DNA of 63,177 nucleotides, filler included, from Conidiobolus incongruus B7586 (lineage: Eukaryota): NCBI GenBank assembly GCA_000697335.1. It is 5 parts of 5 records of this genome, joined end to end, with 100 filler letters (N's around TTAATTAATTAA, not from the genome) between each part and the next. Parts side by side here need not be neighbours in the genome. Positions count along the whole stretch, not along the records: positions 32,160 to 53,428 come from JNEM01006207.1; positions 53,529 to 63,177 come from JNEM01006209.1; 3 more parts are not named here. One strand, given 5' to 3'. The position numbers and the translations under genes are program-made. Of the stretch, positions 49,446 through 63,177 are shown in pieces (position 1 is the stretch's first letter; each line of letters opens with the position of its first letter). Below the pieces are notes generated by a model. That model saw only the letters and a list, made by a program, of their open reading frames with translations, was not told where the DNA came from and did no database searches.

Positions 49446-52400
49446 TTAAAAATGTCAGCAGCAGAAAAGAATGGATTAATTAGTATGATCAAGTTCTTTG
49501 ACCTCTATTTATACTCTCTTTACATTCACCCAATATTATTAAGTTAAGAGTTTCCAATTTGGGATAAAGCATTAGCATATTGCTTAATATTCAAACCAAG
49601 TATTGAACAAATTCGAATTGAAAATATTGACAAAAGTTTGATTACATTTACTACATTTGATTCTCAAATTAAAACCAGACAGGATACCTATTATAGAATA
49701 GGCCAATATGAGCAACATAATTTACTTCAATAAGCATTTTCGACTAAGGAAATTCAGGAGAAAAGGGCCAGGCTGGATGAATTGGCCAGCAGTAAATTTG
49801 ATCAAATATCAGATTTCAAGGTGTTGACTTTTAAAGAGCCAAATTGAACCAATCAATTTGTATGTTTCACATAGTCTCAGACATGTTGAACCTATTGGGT
49901 GAAGTTATTTTAGAAGTTGAATTTTTTAGTTTTAGATTTTTCTTAGAGATCTCGGAAAATGGTGTTTTAGCAATCGGTCAGGTGATAGGGTAAACTTAGG
50001 TAATAAATTTAACTTATGTCCTTATTCGCAATAGTCTCATTAAAATAATTGATATGTGCATGATTTGAATTAGACAATTTCAAGTCTAAAATTTTTATCC
50101 AGATATAATCATACTAAGCTGTTATAAAATATAAAAGTATGAGATAAAACTTTTGACAGTCAATTTTGTGTACTTTCTCGAATATTGCATAATGCATGAT
50201 TTTAATTTCTACTAATGAATTTGATTTGAATATAGTGACTAAATCTGATTGGTTGGAGATGTTCATATTAAAATTTGATTAATTTAAAAATTTAGATTTT
50301 GTTAAGTGCATTAATTGCAATGATACCCCGTAATCTAAAAAGGAAATCAGCTAAAATTGAAAATAGTATACAAATTAAAATATATTCAAATTTTAAAAAT
50401 TAATATTAGTCATATGTAAATATTATCAATATTAATATATTCATTTAAAAAGTTTTTATTTTGTTTAAATATAGATTAATACAAATTAAATTCTCAATTG
50501 AAATATAAAAATTTTATAAGTTGAAAATTTACTTGATGATAGGATATAACTTCTAAACTTATTATAATTAAGAAAATAATATAGTATTTGTCTCTTTCTT
50601 TACATTTATTCAGCGGAGATGGTATTTGATAGAGATTAATGCCCGACATAATGATTAGAAGAGATTGAACAAAATCTAGCCTAAATTGAATATATTTGCC
50701 AAAATAAATAATTGCAAATTGACATTTATAGATGAATTTGCATGAAAACTAATTAGTTAATTTTAATAAAATTCATAAAACAATCGAAATAATTGCAATT
50801 TTTAAAGCTTAGAAATATGATCATTACCAAATAATATAGGTAGCAGTGTATTTAAAGTAAACAATAATATATTAAAATAATTAATTTATTACCATTTATT
50901 CACATTAATAATTATTGCAATTGCATGTTATTCCTATATTTAATTAAAGATCCGATGAAATGCTTGAAATACATTAATTGATAATAATTTTGTGATTATA
51001 ATTATACTAGTTTTACTTGTAATTCAGTATTGATAATATATCAACTTATTGGATTAAATTTCTAAAAATCATCTTGATAATTAACTCAATACAATATATA
51101 TCTTCTAGAAAAATTAGATCCTGATAAAGAGTTAAATTATTTTAATATCTTTAAAACATAGTATAAATGAAATAGTAAGTTTATATTTTTGATATAAACA
51201 CTAGACATTTTATGAAATGTCATTTTATTAAACCATAGCAATGCGGAGTTGGGATTTGAAAATAGTTAATGCTCATGTTAATTTATTAAAATTATTAGAT
51301 CTGGTGAATTATCACAAGAAGCCGCTTAGTATCCTTAAGCCCTTAAAAGAATAGTATTCCATTCAACCTTCGTATGCTTATAACATGGTCAATTAAGCAG
51401 CTGCAGCTTAATAAGGAATAAAGATTCCGATACATATTATGACATAATGTACGTCTATATACCGACCACTTTTTCATTGATATTAACCAAATAATGGTCA
51501 AAAAGTTTAAATTGATTATCCTATATTAATCAGAAGAGTAAAAGTAGAATAAACTATTCGGATACTAGTACCAAATTAGGCAATTACTAAAAAGAATTAG
51601 TTTGCATTAATATTAGTGACACAGAGTTTATGGTAATTCAATATTAATTTTGATTGTATTAAGATTGATCACTTTCCAATTAATCTGTTTCTTGTTGATT
51701 TTGTTTTGAAAAATTACACATGATCCATCATAGAAGGAGTAAAATCCGTCAAATTAAAAATAAAGTTTATAAAACAGATTTCCGATTCTCTTGATAAATC
51801 AATATTAAATTATATTCACTATAATTAACATGTTTATTATTGATTCAATGTGCATATTAGCCTTGAGTAATGTTTGATTATACAAAAATTCAGACAATTG
51901 TAGTGATATTAGAAAATTAATCTATTCATTTATTATAGTAGAAATAAAGAACCGGTTATTATTAAAAAATATCAGGCTATTGCACTAATCAATAACCCTT
52001 ATTCACTTGAAAGACATGTTGATCCTATATTTTCTTATATTATTATAATTTTTTTTAATTTTTTCAATACAACAAATTCATGATATATTACATCAGGTTC
52101 GTTTGCCATTTTCTAAAAACTTTTCAAATTTTGAAATACATTCGTATAATTTTTTTAATTTTATTATCTCATTTTTAAATTAATCAAGTATCATCAAATG
52201 ATTTTAATAGTATATTGTGTATATCAATTCTGATTGATAATATGCAAAAATATTCCTATTTATGATCATTAATACACTTATTCTTATTTTTATTTCTTTG
52301 ATGTTAAAATTCATAAGAAAAGTTATTTAATTGTTTAATACACTCAAACAAATAAATTCAAATTTTGTTAACTGTTTACTACATTGTTCAAAACATTAGT

Positions 52401-53428
52401 AATCAAATGAATATAATTTGTGAATAAAATATGAGCAATAATCAATGGAATATTCGACAAGGATGTTCGTCAAATATTTATGCAAAGCAAATAAACGATT
52501 TAACTATACAGCTAATTGATATTGAAAAATTTCATAAATAAATTGTGAAATAACGATAATAATGGTCAAATATTGATACATTATTATCACCTCCATTATT
52601 TTCATTCAATTCAATTATTTATAATTTGCTTTAATATTTATCGTTATTCTTAACTATGAAGTCTTAATAATTAATCAATATGAGACTATAATATATTGGT
52701 TATAACCAAACGTAGAAATTTTAAATTTGATATATAAAAAAATTAACAGTACAGCCAATAGTATTGATATTGTTAAAAATCATCATTCATTAGATATTTT
52801 CCTTTTTGATATGTTCGAGATTAAATACACTGCTAGTTTTACATAATTACTATGCATATATTAAATTTAATTATGTATCAACTTAGCCTTCTTTGAATTA
52901 TTTTTTTTTCTATTTTCCTTTTTTCCATGACCCATTCTAAATATATATTTTTATCAAAAGCATAAAAATTGATATTGAGAAAATCATTCTTTGCATATAT
53001 ATTGCATGAGGAAAATTTATATAATTGATCTTATTTTAATTTTTCTAAACAAATTTTTAATATCAAATTTATATTATTTATTTAAAAAAATATTTTTATA
53101 TTAGAAATAATATATTTAAATTAATTTTATCAAAATAAATCAATATATAATATATTTTGAATAATATTAATATTGTCTTTTTAAGTGAACTTTTTTCTTC
53201 AAAAATTGGAATTTAAAATATTTTTAAATGAAACAATATATATTTATCAGTAATATATCATAAATTATCTTATTAGGTGTATTTAATATTTAGGTTAATA
53301 ATATTTAACTATTATTAGCAATCAAATGATTTATGCAAAATATCAACTATAGATATTATATCTTTTAATAAAAAAATATAATAATTTAAGTTATAGCTTA
53401 ATAATATTAGATTATTTTTATTAATTTA

Positions 53429-53528
53429 NNNNNNNNNNNNNNNNNNNNNNNNNNNNNNNNNNNNNNNNNNNNTTAATTAATTAANNNNNNNNNNNNNNNN
53501 NNNNNNNNNNNNNNNNNNNNNNNNNNNN
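53429..53528. other. Assembly gap with linker
   Basis: N-run with TTAATTAATTAA. Confidence 0.97.
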
Positions 53529-54099
53529 TAGTTAAATTATAAGGTACCTATTTTACATTTTTATTAATTAATTTTAATTTAAACTTTAATATATATAAAA
53601 TACTTATGTGACTAATATTAAAATGTTTTGATAGTTCTCTAGCTGAAATAAAAACATACTTTTTAATATAATTTTTTAATGTATTAACAATTGGAAAAAT
53701 AACAGTTGAAATTAGTCTTCCAGATTTTGGTAGGTTTTGGGTAGTTTCTCTCCCAGCCTTAAAGTAATTTACCTAGCAATAAATTGTTGATTTAGATAAT
53801 GCTTCATTATCAAAAGCTATTTGTAAATTTTGAATGATTTTAAAGGGTTTGTAGTTAAGTTTTACTGATACTAAAATAAAAAACTTTTGATGATTACTAT
53901 TTAGTTTAAGCATGATTAAATTAAACAACTAATTTTAAAAATTTAATTTTTTAATCAAAAAAATTATATATATATATATATATAATTCAAAACTATTTAT
54001 TTTCCTATTTGTTTTGTATATATTTGCTAATTTGAAACTAATAATATGTTTGAAAAATTGGAAATTAAAAAATTTCCCATTTCTTTGATTTTATGGTAA
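53529..54099 (-). mobile_element. 5' part of a mariner-family element, cut by the gap
   Basis: Same left TIR as 15386. Relic reads MLKLNSNHQK...AFDNEALSKSTIYC*VNYFKAGRETTQNLPKSGRL (mariner HTH/SGRP-like) and K*VPYNLT. Confidence 0.85.
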
Positions 54100-55141
54100 T
54101 AATTAAAATTGAGATATATTAAAAAATTTTACTTATAAATGGAAAAAATTATTAAAAATTAAAGAAATTAATTATTATTTTCTAACAAAATAAATCCCTT
54201 AGCTATTTTTGATATTTTTATTATTATTTTATTTATAATTTATAAAATATTAGTTATAAAATAATTTTTAACCCCTTAGTATTAATATAATTAAATATCT
54301 ATAGGATTAATTAATAAAAATAATTAAAGGTTTTTTATTAATAATAAATTTAAATTATTTTAATAATATATATAAGAATGATAAAATAAGATTAATCATA
54401 TTTAATAAAATAAATTAATTGATGATATATTTTAAAACTTAAAAAAATTAGAAAATCAAAAAATATATATATTAAATTTGAATTTTTTATAATCAAAATT
54501 TATAAATTGATAACTTAATTTGAATAAACTTTGAGTTTTATTATATTAACTAAAAATTAATATTATTAAGCCAAATATAGTTTATTATAAATAAATAATA
54601 TTATTTAATTATAAATATAAGTTGATTTTATTAAATATAATTAAATTATAAATAAACTTAAATATGATTATAATTTTATGACTTATTTTTACAAGATAGT
54701 ATATATAAGCTTTAATAAATTATATTATAAAACAAATCATAAAAATAGTTTAAAAGGTATCTTAATATTATAATAATTTGATTTTAATAAAAATTATAAA
54801 CAAAATATTTAATAATTACAAAATATTAAATTAATTCAAAGAATTAAAATTCAGATTTAAAAACATATGTTATATTATACAATATGAAAAAAATAAAAAA
54901 TTCAAATCAAAAACTTTATTGGATTATTTATGAAAATAATCAAATTACAATATAATATCCAAAGAGAATATTTAATAAAAATTATCACCTGGAATATAAA
55001 CATTAAATACATAAGTTAATTCTATTTATACAATAAAAGTAAAATATAATTATTAATAAATATTTTATTTGAAAAATAAGGTAATTAATAAATATCTAAA
55101 AATTTGCAAAATAATACGAATAAAAATAATTGTACAAAAAA

Positions 55142-58100
55142 TTAAAGATCGTAAGCTTTGGTAGGATCGGTCTTACAAAACCATTTCCTTAGCAATTTTC
55201 TACCAGGACCAATAACGACAAGCAATTCCCAAAGAATACCGCAAATCATGTTACCAATACAATAGAAGAAGAGCTCGATTCGGAAATATTTTGGGAGGAC
55301 GTTATTTTGCCACGGGATGTTATATTCGGGATAGTTAATACTAGGAACTGACCATCCCTCTCGAGCAAGATAGTCTTTATCTCCGCAGTTCAAACGCATG
55401 AGGCACCCGAGACCATTGGGGTCAGCAAGCAGAAGGTAGCTCACTAAGACCAAGAAAGCGGCCCAGAGAGTAAGTAGCATCCAATTGCGGTACCATGCAC
55501 GACGATGAGTATGACCAAAGTTGTAAATAAATGCGGAATTGACAAACTGATACAAACAGATAAACCCAAGAACTTCGGATTCAAAATTATCTCCAAGCAG
55601 CATCCATTTGGAGAGATCAACATAAGCAGAATCAAATTCTTTGCAAACAAAGAAAGGTTGTTGGAATAGCCAATAGAAGCCACAGCATAAGAAAATTACA
55701 TTTATAACTATCAAACCAAGGACAGAGGCAAGAGTTTCAGGCCCCAAAATTCGAGCTGTAGGTCGATATTTAGTCAAGGTGGGAGCAGCATGACTTTGAG
55801 CAATACAATAAGATAACCCAACTGTAATAAACGCATCTACCAAAATCCAGATTCCTTGTGAGGGAGTGATAGAGAAGTAAAATGTAAACAATTTAAGAAA
55901 AGCCATAGTTTCACCGTACATAATTAGATATTTATACTCTGCAAATGAGGAAGCTAATCCAGCTCTACCCTGACGAATGAGCTCAACGCAAGATTGTACA
56001 GATCGGTTATTAGAACTAAAAGGTGATACGATGGATGCTTCGGCTTCACTAAGTGCCAGACCAACGTGAGCAGCTCTAAGAGCACCACAGTCATTACCAC
56101 CATCACCACACATAGCAGTAATACCACGTTCCATATGATATTGAACACAGTCTACCTTATCTTGGGGTGTCATACGAGCAAATACACGGGTATGGAGAAG
56201 CAAGGAGCGGATAATTTCTTGTTCAGAAAGGCGATTAAAGGCTTTACCAGTCATTGCAAGTTCAACATTGGATGTATTAACAAGATTCTGAACAGCATCA
56301 GTCGTTAATGGATCGGTGTCAGGCTGATCAACATTAATCCAAGATACTCCACCTTTAATATCCTCAGAAACATCACCCAAGTAGACTGTGGAATTAGGTT
56401 TGCTCATATGGCAGGCACGAGAGATATATACTCCAGTAAGTGCAGTATCACCAGTAATCATTACTGTACGAGTACTACCAGCTTTCAATTCATCAATTGC
56501 TGCAGTTGTATCTTCTTTGAGTTGATTTTTGAAGACAATTAATCCAACTATATCTACATCCGCTTCAAGTTCTTCACGATTCTTTTGCTTAACTTCTTCA
56601 ATATCAACAACGCCGAGATCACGATGTGCTAAGGCAAGCACGTAGCAACCTTCGCGGGCTAGTTCAAGAGCAGATTGATCGTAGTTAATAGGAAGCGTAG
56701 CAGGGTTTGAAATGTCCTTCAATTTTTCGAAAGATCCTTTCACGAAGATATGCACATGCTTGGTAACAGGGTCGAGGACTGCAACAGACATAGAAGCACG
56801 AGCATGCACGAATTCAAAACGTTTGATAATATGAGCAGATTGATCCTTGTTATTTTGGACTGTATCAACATAGGAAGGGGATTCTGGAGCTGCCAATTCC
56901 CACTTGGTAGATTTGAACATTTCAATATCTACTGGATTACCAATCAGAGTACCATTGACAGAAGTAACAGAATGACAGGTAGCAAGACCGAGTTGGAAAG
57001 TGTCTGGGAATTCATCAAATGTGGGTTTGAGAGTATCTAGTTCAACAGGAGATTGATCATTAGGCTGGAAATTGATGGTACGTCCTCCATAAAACTCTAA
57101 TCCTTCTTTTGTCAAAGTACCGGTTTTGTCAAAGCAGAAGATCTGTACTTTACCAGCGATCACAATTCTAGGAAGGTCAACACAGTAGATTTGCTTCTTC
57201 CTCAAACGATCAGCTGCTACCGATTGGCCAACAACGAGTGCAGCGGGAAGAAGAGGGGATAGAATTTGAGCCAGACAGAACATACCGTAGAACCAAGATG
57301 CAGTTGGTGACTTGTTGAGCAGCCATAATGCCATGCAAAAGAGGAAGAGACCCCAAATTGCTAAGATACAAATGACTACTTTGAGTTGTTCATCAAAAAT
57401 AAATGAAATTCCAACAGGGAAAAGTATCTTATGAACAAGTTGACCTTTATCAGTGGCTGTCGCAGTTTCATATACAAGTGCTTTGACATATTCTGTTCCA
57501 CTTGGCGGGCTAACTTGCGCAACTGTAGTACCAGCAAATAGAGTATGGATTTTAGATGCACCGTGAGGATCGTAGAAAGGATGATCATCGTTGATAGGAA
57601 ATTTACGAATTGGCAAAGGCTCACCAGTAAGAGAACTTTCGTCAACTACAACATTTCCGGAAAGGACAATTGCATCGCAAGAGAGTACTTGGCCACCTTC
57701 TACAGCGATGACATCACCTGGAACAATTTGAGATGATGATAAAGTGACCCATTTATTATCGCGAAGCACTCTCACTTGAGATTGGTGCTCGGCCATTTCC
57801 TTCACTCGAAGTTCAGAATTCCTTCTAATGTATACTTTCATGATTGCTGAGATTAAAATCACTGCAGTGTCTACTAAACCTATGGCATAATAGTCGAAGT
57901 AGTAAAATAACCACATAATCATAATTTGATACATGTAAAAGAACCCTGTGAATTCAAGCAATAGACTCACAATGAACGAATTAACCTTGACAGAAATGAA
58001 ATTGGGACCCTTGAGCTCAAGGCGTCTATCAGCTTCCGCAGTTGTCAATCCTGAAGATTGTTTGGTAAAGTCATCACATGTAGCTCCTAATTCAAATTGA

Positions 58101-59405
58101 TGTGGAGCGAAAATTTTGCATTTTTCGTGATAGACAAATCGAGTACATTGGTAATTAAAATATAAGCGATTATTTCCGGTCTTTTGCAAAGGCACGGTTG
58201 TAATTAGGACATCCCAACCAAGTGCGTGACATAAAAATGCTTCAATTTTGTGCAATAATTGCAGCATATAACTTGAATCATTCATCATGATAATAGTTGA
58301 CTTAGGTTGCTTGACTTGAATATATTTGGCTTGCATAGGATTGACTTGAATTCGGAAGTAATTTATCAAGTATGCCTTAAAGACATTTAAAATCACGAAC
58401 CAAGTTGTTGCTGATACCCAAACACAGATAAACATGGTGGAAGAAAGTTCATTGCTTTCGTGAGCGATTCCATATGCAGCGCCAGTGACCGTACCATAAT
58501 AGTCAGCAGTAATGACTGCGAGGTAGATTATCCATCCAAAGCTCATAAAAATAATAGTTCCGAGACCAATTGTACCCAAAATGTTTGGAACATATCCTTG
58601 AATTTTGAACACGGATGATCCATCATTCATAGAATCGCTATCTCTAGCAGAATTCTCAGGTGATAAACCATTTTTAGCAATTGCCAAATTGTTAGCTTCT
58701 TTTGCCGAGATTTCATCAAAGTTAGGAGGCATTTCTGTCGCCATCATGTGAGTGGCATTTCTTTCTGCAAAAGTTTTGAAAGCATGCCATACCATAAGGA
58801 CGAAAGCTTGGAAGGCGACAATTGTAAATACTGCAATCCACATTGGCTCGCGATAGGTGAAAACTGGTGGTGGCGGGGTCGGGCAGATAACCCACATGCT
58901 AGAACCAGGATTAGTACCATCGAATGTCTTGGGGCTCGATTCAAGACCAAATGACTTTGTACATTCCTCTTGAATAAGTTTCTTTTCTTCAGTGGGATAA
59001 AAATTAGGCAAGTTAACCAAAATGGTAGAGTTGGTAGAACACGGAAACAGAGTCCAGCTTAAATCATTCATTCCACAAGCACAGGGATTTTTGAGATCGC
59101 TAGGGCAGGAGTGTCTACATTTTCCATCAAGACAGAAAGTTTGACCTTCAGGACACGTAGCAGCAACCTTTTGGGGACATTGACTTACATCAGAAACACA
59201 TAAAACGGGACATTGAACACCTCGCTTTACGGGCAATGGACATTTATTACCATTGAGATCAAAATCATTTACTAAAATATTGTTTATTAAAACAAATCAT
59301 TTGAAAACAGTGGTATTTACCTGTATGAAAAGCTGGTGTCCCATATACATAAGGACACCATAATAATATGGATAAAAGAAACACAAGTTTATTGTATTGT
59401 CTCAT
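55142..59405 (-). CDS. P5-type (ATP13A/Ypk9-like) P-type ATPase, 2 exons, ~1404 aa
   Basis: DESSLTGE, FDKTGTLT, KGSFE, MITGD, FARMTPQDK, MCGDGGNDCGAL and ASIVSPFSS motifs. Exon 1 (59405-59321, MRQYNKLVFLLSILLWCPYVYGTPAFHT) joins the large ORF in frame via GT-AG intron 59320-59272. Confidence 0.93.
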
Positions 59406-62400
59406 TTTGACAAATGGATTGATGTATGATGATATATCTACTTTTATTAATAATCAAAAAAATATCAAATATTTGATAGACGATTTTGGAAAGATATGGT
59501 ATGATGTAAAATATAATAATGTCAAATCTTTTGAAATACACTTGGTAATAGTAGTATAAAACTCAATATTTGAAGAATATGAAGAATCTGTCAAATACTT
59601 GATAGATTATATCAACTATATATTCCATGTGGTTGGAATTTTAATCATGGGTTGTTTACGCTTATATATCACCGAAGCATCGGACCTTCCACGCTAATTG
59701 ATGATTTAATACTACAGCCACTTATTAATGCGACAACTTGTGTCCACTTTGGTTTTATTTTAAATTACATTGAGTTTGGATAATTTGAATGCATATTTTC
59801 GCCTTTATAAATTTAAAAACAATATATATAGTATTTTGATATATTCAACATATTAGATCGATATTAAAAAATCAGGCAAATATACTAGCTAGCTGGTTAG
59901 AACTATAATTACTATAATACTTCTAGAATGAAAGAAATTAATTTGAAACTAAATAAATATTTCATATATTCCAATTAGTTCTTGATTAATTGAATGAATA
60001 TTGTTTTTGCAATACTTTCCTTTAAAAGAAAATAAATTTTAATTGGTTAATTGAAAAATTCCTTCACAATCATCAAATCATTATTATTATTTGAATGTCC
60101 CTAATGGGTAAGAACAAATACTTTCAAATTTGCCCTAATCGTTAATTCAAAAATTTGACTGGATTTTTCTCAATAAATTTTTAATCTGAAATCATTAGAA
60201 TATAATGTGGAATCTCAGCAAGCCTGAAATTTAACTATGTTTTCATTATGCCGCCATTTGGAGTACAAATATAAATTTTGTATTCTTGTCGATATATTAT
60301 TTTACAAGTAATACTACCTTTCCAACGAATTGCAATTTTGTATAATTTTCCAAACTATAGTTGATCCAAGTATAATTAAATTACTCTTTATTAAGAAGAC
60401 AAAGACATGATTATGGTGCCAAATACTGCCAAATTATTATATAATATCATAAGTATCTCATTTGAATTTTAGAATGATTAACCTTATAATGGAATTCCAA
60501 AATAAGCCTGGCAATAATTTGAACACTTTATCCAGGATCCAATTTGACAGGTGAAACTACTTGCATCATTTAAATGCCAATTTTCCGAATTATTGGTAAT
60601 AATTTTCAATTTAATACTATCAGCATCAATCGTATTGTATTTTTGAAATATTGTTTTTAGATTATTATTCATAATCAATATATTTTAGATATATTATGTC
60701 ATTCATCAATCATCTTTTTTTATCAAAAACCTATATTCCAAACTTAAACTAGTTTTACTAATATCGCATCTTCGATATTAAATCGTATGACAAAAAATTC
60801 TATTTTCGTAGAATATAATTCCAACTCTGTTCTTTAATTTTCAAAATTTTCCAAAGTATATGTCTAACCAGTTTAAAAGTAATGGTAATGTGAAAACAGT
60901 TTTTTAATTACATCATCGCCTAATTATCCACATAAATAAATTAAATTAATTCTATTTGACTAAAATCATAATGTTCAGATGATTAATATTTATGAATATA
61001 ATTAAATTTTGAAAATATAATTTGAATTATATGTTGAACTATTAAGACAACTGTTTTCTACTTAAATTACTAATATTTTAAATATTGATAGCTTGATTTT
61101 TTCTGAACATATTTTTAATTTAAAAAATTGGAATAAAATATAATAAATAAAAATTTGATGAAAATGATCGAAATATAACAAACAACTTGAATTAATTTTA
61201 TTTTAATTCCGTATTAAACATCATTTTTCAAGCGAATTCAAATGATTAGTTCTTTAATGTATACGTTTTTTTGTTTTTATATATCAAACATTTTATAACT
61301 CAGTAGAATTTGGAGGATTCAAATATTTAGTAATCATTTTGCAATATCATATATATTTGATAATCAAAATCGGAACAATTAGCTTTTTAATATTTTCGTC
61401 TTATAATAGATGTAATCTAATAATGGAAAAATCAAAGGAAATTATTACATCATAAATCTTTTATAAAGTAAATTGATATTATTTTCTTCGAAATGCATGA
61501 TCTGTTAAAAAAGATACAGGATTAATATGATTTTTCGATTTATATGAGAACAGTCATAATCTCCAATAAAAATGTCAAATATAATATATCAAGTATACTA
61601 CTCCACTGAATGCTAAAAAGCGATTTAGCAAGATGTAGACAATGATCACAAGTGTATTAATTCTGATCTTATACATCACAAAATAATATTTTCAACCATA
61701 TCATATATAACATATTTAAAATTCTATTTATTTCACTAGAGTTTTTCCCAACATTTTATGGCAGGGGGTAATTTATTTTGGTTTTTGATATAACAATTGC
61801 ACTCATATAAAATAAAAATGGTTAAATAGGATCATTGATAGCTATATAAAAATAATTATTATATTTACGTTATCAAGTAAAACTTGATGGGAATTAAGTT
61901 ATTATCATATTAACTTTGAATCTTAATCATTGACCATTGTCATTTTTAATTATTTCTTTTCTCATTTAATTGATTTTAATAAATTATTTGATTATTAATT
62001 ACATAATTTGAATTAATATTCTCTTTACCAAAAAATATGATTAAATATATCAAAATAACCAATAAGGCCCAATATATATTCTCTTTAAATATCTATTAAT
62101 TTAGTAGTTAATGCCTACATAAATATTTTTAAAAATTCGGATATAGTAGTTTTGGTTAAAGCATTCTATGAAAATTTATTAATAGTTCAATAGACTTCAC
62201 TAAAGACCAAAGGTGATGATGATAATGTACCCCGGCAATTGTTCTTTTATAAACAATTCGCCAGTCACAGATGATGCAAGAAAGTGTATTAAGCCTTGAG
62301 AATAATAAAACCTTGAATTGATGTGGAGGATATTCCTGGGCTATATCTGATCAAAACAATAGGTTGAGTTACTTTTAGGTAACCACAAATTGTCAAATAT

Positions 62401-63177
62401 TCAAATAATAATATTAGTTTAAGCAAATATAACTGTTTGTTGTTTCTATATTGAATATATATTTTATTTATTATTTGATTCAGTAAATAAAATTCAATCT
62501 TAAAAAATATCACGGCCAATATAATGATTATATATTTTAATACAATAATTTTGTTGATAATTCTATATTTATTAAAAAATATTAAATAATAGTTAATCAT
62601 TAATTTTGATTATTTAATCATTAATTAAAATATTATATATATTTTGACAAAAAGGAATTTTGATTTTATTTTCAACTAATATAAATTATTGATTATTTAG
62701 AGAATTAAAGTTTTTATATTTTATAATATAATATAATATATAGTATATATAGTAAATATACAAAGTTATAAATATATTTATTATGTATATAATTTCAGTT
62801 ATTAAATATCTATATAAATTATATATATTTTGAAAAATAAGTCATTCAATAAAAAAATATTGACTTCGTAATATTTAATAATAATATTAATTTCAAATAA
62901 AATTATTTTTGTATTAAATTTTATTTTTTAAAAATTTTATCTAAATAAAATTATTCTTTTTGGTAGTAATATTTAAATAATTTCCATATTGATAAAATAA
63001 TCAGTTATTATTTTTTATTAATTAACATCAATATTATTATACAATGATTTCTAATTTAAAATAAATTTTATTAAGTTATAAATATTATATTATAAAAATA
63101 CAAAATTTAATTATATTAATGTTATTTTGATATAGTGTTAATAATATATATTAATTTAATATTTAACTTTTTTATTA

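Noticed and set aside
55444..58954. Small track ORFs overlapping the P5 ATPase (likewise those overlapping ARO7, SRP68 and the first zinc-finger gene)
   Set aside because: Alternative-frame or antisense shadows of real genes.
59368..63177. Track ORFs 59368, 60484 and 62289, plus other Ile/Asn/Leu-rich ORFs (6313, 21162, 25553, 40420)
   Set aside because: Composition is what AT-rich non-coding or decayed DNA yields by chance. No motifs recognised.
1..63177. CRISPR array or prokaryotic operon/defence system
   Set aside because: No regularly spaced direct repeats. Spliceosomal introns and eukaryotic genes are present throughout.

Overview
AT-rich eukaryotic (fungal) scaffold segment with short GT-AG introns and four 100-bp assembly gaps carrying a TTAATTAATTAA linker. 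The gene content suggests an early-diverging fungus, possibly Conidiobolus/Entomophthoromycotina-like (inference only). The left half (1-32059) is a large inverted duplication: 9.8-kb arms (1-9822 and 22238-32059) around a 12.4-kb spacer. It carries an unannotated family of 44-57 aa microproteins, with 11 loci and 6 distinct paralogues, mostly absent from the supplied ORF track. These share an N-terminal MxxIsLqqIAxxExFTIDPKxRExxFP block, a Ser/Thr-rich variable linker and usually a C-terminal basic-aromatic K-F-P-W-F tail. Their shared codons vary synonymously and each has a TATA-like box about 70-80 nt upstream. Each arm also holds a tRNA-Gln(TTG). Interspersed are dead mariner (DD34D) and Tc1 (DD34E) transposons, including a Tc1 nested inside a mariner, whose catalytic motifs are eroded almost entirely by C>T/G>A transitions (RIP-like). 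The right half encodes chorismate mutase (ARO7), three paralogous two-finger C2H2 factors with matching recognition helices, SRP68, and a P5-type ATPase with an unusual signal-peptide/Cys-rich N-terminus.
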